NCBI GenBank assembly: GCA_047517285.1
Contig: JAKZTE010000003.1
Location: 474 to 64,473, forward strand
Source of the DNA: Nitrososphaerales archaeon
GTDB lineage: Archaea; Thermoproteota; Nitrososphaeria; Nitrososphaerales; UBA57
Reading direction: 5' to 3'
Length of the DNA stretch: 64,000 nucleotides
Shown: piece by piece, positions 19,781 to 29,084 of the stretch
Layout: every line of letters starts with the position of its first letter
Numbering within the stretch: position 1 is the first letter of the stretch
Program-made: the position numbers and the translations under genes
Notes under the pieces: generated by a model
Told to the model about the DNA's origin: nothing
Seen by the model: the letters and a program-made list of their open reading frames with translations, nothing else
Databases searched by the model: none

Positions 19781-20062
19781 ATGACAAAAGTAAAAGTTTT
19801 AATTCCTGCAGTAATGTCGTCGTCTACAAATGGTGAAAGAGAACTAGAAATAGAAGGTAATACAGTAATCGAAGTGATTGATGCATTAGCAGAAAAATAC
19901 GGAGAAGGGTTCAAAAATAAAGTAATAGACAATAATGGAAAATTAAAACCAATAATTAATGTATATGTCAATGATGAAAATATCAAATTCCTTGAAGATC
20001 TTCGAACAGCACTAAAAGACAAGGATGAAATTTTATTATTACCGGCAGTAAGTGGTGGATAG
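19781..20062 (+). CDS. MoaD/ThiS-superfamily sulfur-carrier protein, CysO-like, ending in Gly-Gly
   Basis: 93 aa; ends ...LLLPAVSGG directly before the stop; internal INVYVNDENIKF. Starts 2 nt after the thrC-like stop. Confidence 0.8.
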   Translation: MTKVKVLIPAVMSSSTNGERELEIEGNTVIEVIDALAEKYGEGFKNKVIDNNGKLKPIINVYVNDENIKFLEDLRTALKDKDEILLLPAVSGG

Positions 20063-20065
20063 ATC

Positions 20066-21169
20066 ATGGAATTATCAGATACAGAAATTGAAAGGTATTC
20101 AAGACAGATTGTAATGGATGAAATTGGTTTTGAAGGGCAGCAAAAATTAAAGAATGCAAGAGTAACAGTAATTGGAGTTGGAGGTTTAGGATCACCAATA
20201 ACTCAACAACTAGTAGCTATGGGGATTGGAAAAATAAGAATAGTAGATAGAGATGTTGTAGAAGTATCAAATTTACACAGGCAAGTACTATATGGAGATG
20301 AAGATGTCGGGTTATCAAAAGCTGAAGCAGCTTACGAGAGGTTAAAAAGAATAAATCCTCTGGTGGACATTGAACCTTTAACATTATCAATTAATGACGA
20401 CACTGTAGATAAAGTAATCACAGGATCAGATGTAGTGATTGACGGTTTAGATTCAGTATCTGCAAGATATTCAGTAAACAGAGCATGTGTGAGGTTGAAT
20501 ATACCATATATTTTTGGATCTGCAATAGTAACTACGGGTTCTTCTACTTCAATAATTCCTGGAAAAACACCATGTTTAGAGTGTTTCCAGCCATCACTAA
20601 AAGATGAAGAAATGCCAAAGTGTGGCACTGAAGGAGTTCATCCTTCAATATTAACTACAATATCAAGTGTTCAAGTATCTGAGGCTGTAAAAATAATAAC
20701 TGGGCAAGAACCAAATTTAGCAAATAAATTATTCCTAGCCGATATAAAAAATTTAGATTATGATAAAGTTAGAATAGTAAAACAGTCCAAATGTAATGTC
20801 TGTGGAGTAAATGCAGATTTATCGACAAAGAAATCAAGAAGAAAATTAATAGAAGACATATGCGGTAGAGAAGGCAAATCAGTTCACATCATAAGTCCAA
20901 AAGATAATCTAGAGATTGATTTAGATAAGCTAAACAAGATTATCGTAAATAAGAAATTAAATATAATTAGAAGAGGCCAACTAGGTATAACAATACAATA
21001 TAATGAACAAATAACAATCAGTATTGTTGATAGTGGTGTATCAATAATAGTAGGTGCGTTAGAAGAAAAACGAGCATTAGAAATATTCAATGAAATAATA
21101 ATCAATGGATTAAATATAAACCCTGAAAAGATTGATAGTGAATTTAAAAGATTAGTGCAGATTAACTAA
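20066..21169 (+). CDS. E1-like adenylyltransferase (MoeB/ThiF/UbaA family) with an unassigned ~115-aa C-terminal domain
   Basis: 367 aa; RYSRQI, nucleotide loop VIGVGGLGSP, VDRDVVEVSNLHRQ, Zn pairs CLEC and CNVC, active-site region PKCGTEGV. Confidence 0.85.
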   Translation: MELSDTEIERYSRQIVMDEIGFEGQQKLKNARVTVIGVGGLGSPITQQLVAMGIGKIRIVDRDVVEVSNLHRQVLYGDEDVGLSKAEAAYERLKRINPLVDIEPLTLSINDDTVDKVITGSDVVIDGLDSVSARYSVNRACVRLNIPYIFGSAIVTTGSSTSIIPGKTPCLECFQPSLKDEEMPKCGTEGVHPSILTTISSVQVSEAVKIITGQEPNLANKLFLADIKNLDYDKVRIVKQSKCNVCGVNADLSTKKSRRKLIEDICGREGKSVHIISPKDNLEIDLDKLNKIIVNKKLNIIRRGQLGITIQYNEQITISIVDSGVSIIVGALEEKRALEIFNEIIINGLNINPEKIDSEFKRLVQIN

Positions 21170-21631
21170 TCATAAATTTTTTATCATTCTCACGTGTTTA
21201 ATTCCACATTCAATAAATTCAGGACCAGAAACAGACCAACCAAATTTTGAATACCAATCGATAAGATAGGATTGTGCATCCATCTCTATTGGCTTCGAGT
21301 CGATAATAGAATCAAGATAATCAAGAAGGTGAGTTCCAAACCCATGTTTTTGAAAATCAGGGTCTACGGCAAACCTTCCTAATTTGAGAGGGGATTGGTG
21401 ATCGAATAAGCGTGCAGTAGCAACAATTTGAGTGTCTTGGAGTTTACCAACTATATGCGTACAAAATACATCTTTACCGTCGATTTCAACACAGTTTCCA
21501 TCGGAAATATCGATTAATCGTTGTTGATGGTTGAAGACGAGACTCCTGATTTTCAAAATACTATAAAGATCAACTAGAGATAAATCGTCGAACCGATAAT
21601 GAGAAAAGCTAACAGATGACTGATTATTCAC
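21170..21631 (-). CDS. GNAT-family N-acetyltransferase (ElaA-like)
   Basis: 153 aa; LGRFAVDPDFQKHGFGTHLL acetyl-CoA-binding motif. Confidence 0.75.
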   Translation of the reverse strand: MNNQSSVSFSHYRFDDLSLVDLYSILKIRSLVFNHQQRLIDISDGNCVEIDGKDVFCTHIVGKLQDTQIVATARLFDHQSPLKLGRFAVDPDFQKHGFGTHLLDYLDSIIDSKPIEMDAQSYLIDWYSKFGWSVSGPEFIECGIKHVRMIKNL

Positions 21632-21654
21632 GAATAATGTGAAGCAAGGAACGA

Positions 21655-23847
21655 TTAATCTCTATCGATGAAATCCGATGCAGGAGGTGGAGAAGGAGAT
21701 AAACCACGTCGTTTTCTAATATCGGCAATTACAGTTTCAAGCATAGAATTTGGAACCTGTGCCCATTCTTTAAAGTGTGTAGACCAGATGGCTTTACCGG
21801 CAGTAGCGCCCCTCATTGATTCGGACAAGTCAAATGTTTCAGAAGCAGGAATTTCGCCATGTATTACTGATAAATGAGCCTTTTGAGTGATTTCGCCTAC
21901 TTTGCCACGTTTAGATGATATTACGCCGGCTATTTCTCCAATTAAATCGGCGGGAGCTTTTACTTCAATACCTTGAATAGGTTCAAGAAGAGTAGGAGTG
22001 GCAGACAGCAAAGCGCCAAGTAAAGCACGACGAGTTGCAGGCATTAGTTGTGCATAACTACGATGTGCGACGTCTTCGTGAGGCACATAATGATGGAATG
22101 TAGCTTTGAAGCCACGAACGTTCTCATAAGCAATTGGTCCGTTATTTATTACGTCAAAAAATCCTGCAAGTATAGAATCCATTGACTCTTGTACATATTG
22201 TACACCCTTAGTAGCATCGACGAACATGTTTCCGCCAGGTTCAATTGTAACAACACGTTTAGCTTCATCTCTGTCCCAACCTTCATTTCTTAATATTTCG
22301 GCAAGTTCTTTCTTATCAGTATTATCAGAGATTTTTCCTGAACGAATTAATTCAATTACGGTATCAGATAAAGGCTCAACCCTAAAGAATAATTTGTTAT
22401 GCCGATTGGGAGATTTTGCCATGATTGGTCCAGCTTTACCAGAAATAGTTTCTCGATAATTAATAAGCGGAGGAGAAGTAATAATTTCAATATCTTGTTC
22501 TTTCAATAGATTTGTAGCAACCTCAAGATGCAATACTCCCATTCCAGCAACCAACATTTCGCCACTTTCTTCATTAATTGTTACTACAAGACTTGGATCT
22601 TCAATATTGAGTCTACGTAATGCTTCGACTAATTTAGGTAGTTCTTTAGGATGTTTTGATTCGATGGCGATTGTTACAACAGGCTCAGATACATATGAAA
22701 TAGATTCAAATTCGGTAAATCCTTTTTGAGAGCTCAGGGTTTCGCCAGCTCGTGCATGTTCAAGGCCTAACAATGCAGGGATATTACCAGAACTAAATTT
22801 ACCGACAAGTTCACGTTGATTTCCCATAAACATATTGACAGATTGGATTCTACCGGTTCTTTTTGCACCCAATAGGTGTACTGTATCTCCATCTTTCAAA
22901 GTTCCAGAGAATAATCTTCCAGTAGCTATACTACCTGCATGCGGATCAATGTTGATATTTACAATCATCATGACAGCAGGCCCATTTTCATCACAATTCA
23001 AAAGTGCTTTTCCTATTTCGCTATCCAAATCGCCCTTCCATATCTTAGGGATTCTATATTTTTGAGCTACGTGAGGAGGAGGATGATGTTGAATGACCAT
23101 GCCAAGAATTGCTTCGTGTAATGGAGAGTTCTCTACAAGTTCGTCTACTTTATCATTATTATAGGCGTCAAAGATAGTCTTGAAATTTACACCTGACTTC
23201 TTTGAAGTAGCAGCGCTGAAAGCCCACTTATCTTTTGCAGATCCAAAGGCAATACTATTATCCTGAATACTAACTTTCCATTTGTCTTTTAATTCAGGTT
23301 CGGCATATAAATCAATCAATGCGTTAAATTCACGTATTACTCCCATAAGATGTTCTTGCATTTTTTCAGGGGTTAATCTTAGTTCTTTTACAAGTCTATC
23401 GATTTTATTAATATAAAGAACAGGACGTACAAGTTCTTCCAAGGCTTGTCTTGTTACTGTTTCGGTCTGAGTCATAACTCCTTCTACAGCGTCAGAAACA
23501 ACGACAGCGCCGTCAATTGCACGTAGACTTCTTGAAACACGCGTATTAAAATCTACATGGCCAGGAGTATCTATCATGTTAAAAACAAATGGAACATTTT
23601 CATGTTCGTGATAAAGAGTAATATTTGTTGAATTAATAGTAATACCTCGTTTCTGTTCCATATCCATAGTGTCTAATGCAAGAGCTTCTCCTGCAACGCT
23701 AGGACTAATAATACCACAGCCAGAAAGTAAGCTATCACTCATAGTAGTTTTGCCATGATCAACATGAGCAATAACACTGAAATTTCTAATTCGATCTTTA
23801 TTGCTTATGACTTTCATAATGTCATTTGTAGATTTGTATTTTGGCAT
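21655..23847 (-). CDS. fusA: Translation elongation factor 2 (aEF-2)
   Basis: 730 aa; AHVDHGKTT, DTPGHVDF, NKIDR, diphthamide-region HEDVAHRS. Confidence 0.97.
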   Translation of the reverse strand: MPKYKSTNDIMKVISNKDRIRNFSVIAHVDHGKTTMSDSLLSGCGIISPSVAGEALALDTMDMEQKRGITINSTNITLYHEHENVPFVFNMIDTPGHVDFNTRVSRSLRAIDGAVVVSDAVEGVMTQTETVTRQALEELVRPVLYINKIDRLVKELRLTPEKMQEHLMGVIREFNALIDLYAEPELKDKWKVSIQDNSIAFGSAKDKWAFSAATSKKSGVNFKTIFDAYNNDKVDELVENSPLHEAILGMVIQHHPPPHVAQKYRIPKIWKGDLDSEIGKALLNCDENGPAVMMIVNINIDPHAGSIATGRLFSGTLKDGDTVHLLGAKRTGRIQSVNMFMGNQRELVGKFSSGNIPALLGLEHARAGETLSSQKGFTEFESISYVSEPVVTIAIESKHPKELPKLVEALRRLNIEDPSLVVTINEESGEMLVAGMGVLHLEVATNLLKEQDIEIITSPPLINYRETISGKAGPIMAKSPNRHNKLFFRVEPLSDTVIELIRSGKISDNTDKKELAEILRNEGWDRDEAKRVVTIEPGGNMFVDATKGVQYVQESMDSILAGFFDVINNGPIAYENVRGFKATFHHYVPHEDVAHRSYAQLMPATRRALLGALLSATPTLLEPIQGIEVKAPADLIGEIAGVISSKRGKVGEITQKAHLSVIHGEIPASETFDLSESMRGATAGKAIWSTHFKEWAQVPNSMLETVIADIRKRRGLSPSPPPASDFIDRD

Positions 23848-23883
23848 TCGCTACACTGAGTAGTTAATGGAAAATGTACATTA

Positions 23884-25164
23884 TTAAATTCTTTGGATAA
23901 GATTGAAAACGTTTTCAATTGAATTTTTATATATATCAATTGACGTAAGGAACTCATCAATCATAATATGTTCATTAGAAGTATGAGATAGATGAGGGTT
24001 TCCGGGTCCATAAGTGAGTACGGGTATATTCATCTTATTTCCAAGAAGATTCATATCACCCGTGCCAGTTTTATGTACAAATTGAGGCTTAGAATTGAGT
24101 TTTTTGATTATAGCTCTGCTTACAGAGCGGCTAACAACTGAGGATTTAGAACATTCAAAAGCAGGAGTAGAGTCAATAATTTCATAAGCAAAGGTAGATT
24201 TCGCATTACCTTCAATAGAATATTTTTTATTAAAATTAGATATTATGTCAGAGATTTTGTTAATAATTTGATCAGGATTATAATTAAAAGGATAACGGAT
24301 ATCACACATAAAGTTACAACTACCAGGCATTACATTATCAGCAGTTCCACCATTAATTTGGGTTAAACACGAAGTAATCTGTTTATAATGAGTATCATCA
24401 TTAGTTTGAAGTTTAGATTTAATATCGTTCCATAATATGAACAATAATTCAATTGCATTAGAAGACATCCAAGGTGCACTAGCATGTACTGCAGGGGTTT
24501 CACAAGTAAATTTAACAGAAAATCTACCTTTGTATCCAACTGTAATTTTATCTATTCCGCTAGGTTCTCCAAATATAGCACAATCAGGTTGTTCTTTCAG
24601 TCCATCTTTAAGTAACTCTCTAATTCCTAAACCTGTGCCCTCCTCATCAGTAACTGCAGAAAAGATAATTCTTCCAGATTTTAATTTATCTTTGAACGAA
24701 GAAGCAGCTATAAGCATAGATATTAAAGAAGATTTAGCGTCAGATGCGCCTCTGCCATAAATTGCATGATCTTTGATTTCTACATTAATTAGACCTGGAA
24801 CAGTATCCATATGTCCACATAATAAAAGAGTAGGAGAACCTTTGCCAATTTCACCATATACATTGTTAGCGGAATCACGACGTACATTAGTAAATCCAGA
24901 ATGATTCAATGTGTCGAATAAGAAATTGGAGAATTGTTTTTCTTGGCCAGAAGGAGAGTAAATTTTTAGTGAGTTTTCCAATAGTGTAAGATGTTTATCA
25001 CTCAGAGTAATAGTAAAATTTTTTATTGCGCCTGAAGAAACAAGTTTATCAATACGAGATCTTATGCTAGACTCAGACAGTTTTACTTGTTGTGCAATTT
25101 CAGTATTAGGAGTTCTAGAGTCTTTTGTAAGAATTTTTATTATAGCTTTATCGATATCATCCAT
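23884..25164 (-). CDS. lysK: AsnC/Lrp-type HTH domain fused to an M20 peptidase ([LysW]-lysine/ornithine hydrolase, LysK/ArgE-like)
   Basis: 426 aa; residues 1-55 are DKAIIKILTKDSRTPNTEIAQQVKLSESSIRSRIDKLVSSGAIKNF (AsnC HTH); the rest has M20 motifs LLLCGHMDTVPG and TDEEGTG. Confidence 0.8.
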   Translation of the reverse strand: MDDIDKAIIKILTKDSRTPNTEIAQQVKLSESSIRSRIDKLVSSGAIKNFTITLSDKHLTLLENSLKIYSPSGQEKQFSNFLFDTLNHSGFTNVRRDSANNVYGEIGKGSPTLLLCGHMDTVPGLINVEIKDHAIYGRGASDAKSSLISMLIAASSFKDKLKSGRIIFSAVTDEEGTGLGIRELLKDGLKEQPDCAIFGEPSGIDKITVGYKGRFSVKFTCETPAVHASAPWMSSNAIELLFILWNDIKSKLQTNDDTHYKQITSCLTQINGGTADNVMPGSCNFMCDIRYPFNYNPDQIINKISDIISNFNKKYSIEGNAKSTFAYEIIDSTPAFECSKSSVVSRSVSRAIIKKLNSKPQFVHKTGTGDMNLLGNKMNIPVLTYGPGNPHLSHTSNEHIMIDEFLTSIDIYKNSIENVFNLIQRI

Positions 25165-25165
25165 T

Positions 25166-26350
25166 TCATTTTACCTTTTTCTGAGAATTTTGAAATAATT
25201 TATCTAGAATTTGTAGGGATGAAGCAACTTGGGATTCATTCAATGTTAATGAAGGTAAAAATCTCAATATAGCTCTGCCAGAATATAGCATAATCAGGCC
25301 GTTATTCAATCCGTCAAATAATATATCTTTGATTGGGAATTTTGACTCAATAGCAATCATCAATCCAAGTCCACGGACGTCACGAATAGAATCATATTTT
25401 GATTTAAGTTCTTCAAGGCCATTAAGAAATATTTGACCGGTTTTTTCTGCATTATCAATTATATTTTCTTGCAAGATATACTCAATAGATGCATTGATTG
25501 CAGAAGATGTCAAAGGATTACCCCCAAATGTAGTAGTGTGTTCGCCAAGAGAGAAATTTGTCATGTCGCTTCTTGAAATCATTACTCCGACAGGCATTCC
25601 CCCGGCCAGTCCTTTTCCAATACATAAAATATCTGGTTTCAAACCATAGTGCTCATGAGCCCACATTTTACCAGTTCTTCCAAGACCTGTTTGAATCTCA
25701 TCAACTACTAACAGTACATTATGTTTATCGCATTGCTCTTGTAATTTATTAAAATACTCAACTGAAGCAAATTTTACGCCGTTTTCGCCCTGAATGACTT
25801 CTAAAAAGACAGCGGCAGTATTATCGTCAATTTTAGACAATGAATCAACATCTCCAAATGGGATGAAATTAATGTCGTCAAGAAGAGGTTGAAAAGATTT
25901 TTTATATTTAGGATTCCAGGTTAAAGACAAAGAACCGATTGTTTTACCATGATATGAACCAGACATAGAAATAATTTTATTTTTTGAGTGTTTCTTACAT
26001 AATTTTAATGCCGCTTCAACTGCTTCAGCACCACTATTACATAAATATATATTATCAAGATTCTTTGGTGTAATTTTATTTATGTTTAATACGGCATTTG
26101 CCCTTTCTGCATTATAAAATGAACCATGACAACTAGTTAATTTATTTGCTTGATTAGTTATGGCTTGAACAATGTTTTCATTTGAATGACCCAATAATGA
26201 AACGCCATATCCTCCCATCAGGTCGAGATATTTTTTACCTGAAGAGTCCCATACGTAACATCCACTTCCTTTATCAAGGATAATTTGAAATTTTTGATAA
26301 ACAGGAGCCAGATATTTATCCTCTGAATTAATTAATTCTTCATCATTCAT
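25166..26350 (-). CDS. lysJ: Class III aminotransferase (LysJ/ArgD)
   Basis: 394 aa; LVVDEIQTGLGRTGKMWA, GGNPL; position in the cluster. Confidence 0.9.
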   Translation of the reverse strand: MNDEELINSEDKYLAPVYQKFQIILDKGSGCYVWDSSGKKYLDLMGGYGVSLLGHSNENIVQAITNQANKLTSCHGSFYNAERANAVLNINKITPKNLDNIYLCNSGAEAVEAALKLCKKHSKNKIISMSGSYHGKTIGSLSLTWNPKYKKSFQPLLDDINFIPFGDVDSLSKIDDNTAAVFLEVIQGENGVKFASVEYFNKLQEQCDKHNVLLVVDEIQTGLGRTGKMWAHEHYGLKPDILCIGKGLAGGMPVGVMISRSDMTNFSLGEHTTTFGGNPLTSSAINASIEYILQENIIDNAEKTGQIFLNGLEELKSKYDSIRDVRGLGLMIAIESKFPIKDILFDGLNNGLIMLYSGRAILRFLPSLTLNESQVASSLQILDKLFQNSQKKVK

Positions 26351-27152
26351 TATTAATCACCGTGCAATTGGAATGTTTTACAGCATTAGATATGGGATCA
26401 TCAACTAATCCTGAAGCAATGATTCCTTCTTTAACACCATGATCCAAGGATTCTATACAAGAAATTAATTTTTGTTCCATGCCAAATCCAAGGTTTGGAA
26501 GAATTTCTTTAGATTCTGCTAGAGTTAGATTTGTAACAAGCTTGTCATTTAACGATATTCCATCAACGTCCGTTAGGAAGATAACACGGTCTGCATTTAG
26601 ATGAGCTGCAATATTAGATGCGGCGCGATCGCCATTGACATTCAAGATTTCAAATTCGTCGCCTAGAGCTACTGGAGATATAACTGGAAGGTATCCTGAT
26701 TTAATCAAGTCATTAATCAATTCAGTATTAACGTTTTTTATTTTACCCGTAAATCCACCTTCAATTGCACGTTTTCTTTTTCTTTCGTCTATTATCAAGA
26801 GTCTTTTCTTACGAATTGCACTCAATATATTACCATCGATACCACCTAATCCTACTGCATTAACACCTAAAGATTGTAATGATACTACGATTTCTTTATT
26901 GATTTTTCCACACATGACCATCATGAAGATTGATGCGGTTTCTTTATCAGTGTATCTGCTTTTCACGCCAGATGGAGAAACAATGAATTCTTGTTTCTTA
27001 CCTAGTTTTTCTGCAATTTCTGTTACGGTGTTTCCTCCTCCATGAACGACAACCAATGACTCAGTTTTGGAAAATTTTTTAATATCCTCAAATAAATTTT
27101 TTGTCAGGCCTTTACTATGTAGACTTCCACCGATTTTTACTATTGTAACCAT
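26343..27152 (-). CDS. lysZ: Amino-acid kinase ([LysW]-aminoadipate/glutamate kinase, LysZ/ArgB)
   Basis: MVTIVKIGGS...VVVHGGG...; I prefer the ATG at 27152 (5 nt after the lysY stop) over the ORF-track start at 27185, which overlaps lysY. Confidence 0.85.
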   Translation of the reverse strand: MVTIVKIGGSLHSKGLTKNLFEDIKKFSKTESLVVVHGGGNTVTEIAEKLGKKQEFIVSPSGVKSRYTDKETASIFMMVMCGKINKEIVVSLQSLGVNAVGLGGIDGNILSAIRKKRLLIIDERKRKRAIEGGFTGKIKNVNTELINDLIKSGYLPVISPVALGDEFEILNVNGDRAASNIAAHLNADRVIFLTDVDGISLNDKLVTNLTLAESKEILPNLGFGMEQKLISCIESLDHGVKEGIIASGLVDDPISNAVKHSNCTVINNE

Positions 27153-27157
27153 GGAAA

Positions 27158-28210
27158 TCACATTGGATGTATTCCAGGAACCCATAAACCGGTAGTTTCG
27201 TCAAAACCAGACATAAGATTCATATTTTGAATAGCAGTTCCTGCAGCCCCCTTGATCAGATTATCTGATGAAGACATAACAACAAGTCTAGATGCAGATT
27301 TGTCATGAGCAAATCCAATATCGCAAAAATTGGAACCAATAAGTAGTTTAGGATCAGGGTATCTGTACAGACCTTTCTTATCTCCAATAAATCTAATAAA
27401 AGGCGAATCAGAATAGAATTTCCTATAGGCTTTCCATACCTCAACTTCAGTAATATCAGAATCAACAGAGGCGTATGAAGTACATAATATACCGCGAACA
27501 AGATTTACTGAATGAACAGACAGTGAAACATTTACAGAATTTTCAGATAAATTCGAAAGTTCTTGATCAATTTCAGCAGTATGTCTATGTGCGTATGGTT
27601 TGAATGGACGGATAACGCCATACCTATTAGCATGATGAGAACCAATAGTGGGTTTTGCTCCAGCGCCAGATGAACCAACTTTTGAGTCAATAATAATATT
27701 ATTAGAATCTATTATTTTATTTTGAATCAAAGGTGCCAACGCAAGAATCGAAGTTAAAGCGGTGCAACCAGGAGTAGATGTAAACTTACTTGATTTTATC
27801 GAATCCCTATGAAGTTCAGGTAAACCGAACGTAAATGAATTCAATAAATCAGGTAGAGGATGTGTAAAACCATACCATTTATCATACATATCTGGATTTG
27901 AGAGTCTATAATCGGCACTAAGGTCGACAATTTTTACGCCAGAATTAACAAGTTCATTCATGAATTCATATGAACTACCATGTGGAACTGCAGTAAAAAG
28001 AACGTCGCATTGATCGGCAACTTTTGATGAATCAAATAATGAGAATTTAACATCTATAAATCCCTTCAAATTAGGATGAATTTTATATAAAAATTGACCG
28101 TCATACTGTCTAGAAGTTGCAAAAGAAAGTTCAGCTTCAGGATGATTAATGATTAATCTTAATAGTTCTCCGCCGACAAAACCCGATGCACCAATTACTC
28201 CAACTTTCAT
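27158..28210 (-). CDS. lysY: N-acyl-gamma-glutamyl/aminoadipyl-phosphate reductase (LysY/ArgC)
   Basis: 350 aa; MKVGVIGASGFVGGELLRL, active-site region TPGCTALTSILALAPL. Confidence 0.9.
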   Translation of the reverse strand: MKVGVIGASGFVGGELLRLIINHPEAELSFATSRQYDGQFLYKIHPNLKGFIDVKFSLFDSSKVADQCDVLFTAVPHGSSYEFMNELVNSGVKIVDLSADYRLSNPDMYDKWYGFTHPLPDLLNSFTFGLPELHRDSIKSSKFTSTPGCTALTSILALAPLIQNKIIDSNNIIIDSKVGSSGAGAKPTIGSHHANRYGVIRPFKPYAHRHTAEIDQELSNLSENSVNVSLSVHSVNLVRGILCTSYASVDSDITEVEVWKAYRKFYSDSPFIRFIGDKKGLYRYPDPKLLIGSNFCDIGFAHDKSASRLVVMSSSDNLIKGAAGTAIQNMNLMSGFDETTGLWVPGIHPM

Positions 28211-28216
28211 TACAAA

Positions 28217-29083
28217 TTACCTCTTTGAAATATTATCAATATAATCTACAATTTTGTATGCTATATTATCTTTGGTGAATTTTGAAACGCCTTTAAACTC
28301 AACATTATTATTAATTTCATGAACTAAGAATCCGTCTTCGCCCTCCATTAAATCAACGCCAAGGATTCCACCGCCAACTGAGTCTGATGCCTTAAGAACT
28401 ATTTCTTCCAGCTCCTTCGTGATAGGACAATTCTCAATTTTTGCTCCAAGTGAGAAATTAGTCCTCCAATCATCATTAGAAGAATAACGATATTCAGCGC
28501 CAACAACTTCATTTCCTACAACAACAGTTCTAATGTCTCTTGGAGGTCTATTGATATGTTGTTGGACATAGAAGATTTTCGAGAATAAGCCATCGTCATT
28601 ATATCTCATTTCAATCAGAGCTTTAGCAGAGTCTTTATCATTTAATTTTACAACACCTCTTCCCCAACTTCCTACAATAGGCTTCAATACAGATGGATAG
28701 CCCAGTTCTTTTACAGAATCTTCGGCAGATTTATCGGAAAAACTGAATAAAGTAAGGGGAGTTTTTATACCCAATTCTTCAAATTTCAATGTAGATAGGA
28801 ATTTATTACCGCATATTCTACTTGTGTTAGAACTATTAACCACTAAACAGTTTTTTGATTCTAAATAATGGGCAATAAGCATGCCACGATAATGACTGAT
28901 ACATCTTTGAATTATAGAAGTACCAAACGAAGATTGAATTGATTCGTCAGAGTCATCACTACGCAATACGAGTGCTTTTGCATCATGTTTGCTAAATGGG
29001 ATATTTCTTTCATTAAATGCATTGAAAATTTCTTTTTCTTCCCAACGTACGCGATCGTAGATAATACTGATACGATTAGTCAT
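28217..29083 (-). CDS. lysX: RimK-type ATP-grasp ligase (LysX/ArgX)
   Basis: MTNRISIIYDRVRWEEKEI... ATP-grasp. Start set at ATG 29083, 1 nt after the lysW stop; the ORF-track extension to 29161 overlaps lysW out of frame. Confidence 0.85.
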   Translation of the reverse strand: MTNRISIIYDRVRWEEKEIFNAFNERNIPFSKHDAKALVLRSDDSDESIQSSFGTSIIQRCISHYRGMLIAHYLESKNCLVVNSSNTSRICGNKFLSTLKFEELGIKTPLTLFSFSDKSAEDSVKELGYPSVLKPIVGSWGRGVVKLNDKDSAKALIEMRYNDDGLFSKIFYVQQHINRPPRDIRTVVVGNEVVGAEYRYSSNDDWRTNFSLGAKIENCPITKELEEIVLKASDSVGGGILGVDLMEGEDGFLVHEINNNVEFKGVSKFTKDNIAYKIVDYIDNISKR

Positions 29084-29084
29084 T

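Noticed and set aside
19238-20067. Three minus-strand ORFs (95, 120 and 119 aa) antisense to the thrC-like and carrier genes
   Set aside because: Leu/Ser/His-rich low-complexity translations lying entirely inside strongly supported plus-strand genes.
21655-23847. EF-2 as part of the arg/lys operon
   Set aside because: It is co-directional and only 36 nt downstream of lysK, but functional linkage is implausible. This is more likely an independent promoter in the short spacer or read-through, and I have no evidence either way.
27153-27185. N-terminal 11-aa extension of lysZ (ORF track start 27185)
   Set aside because: It would overlap the lysY 3' end by 28 nt. MVTIVKIGGS from the ATG at 27152 is the canonical amino-acid-kinase N-terminus. 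A GTG at 27161 remains possible.
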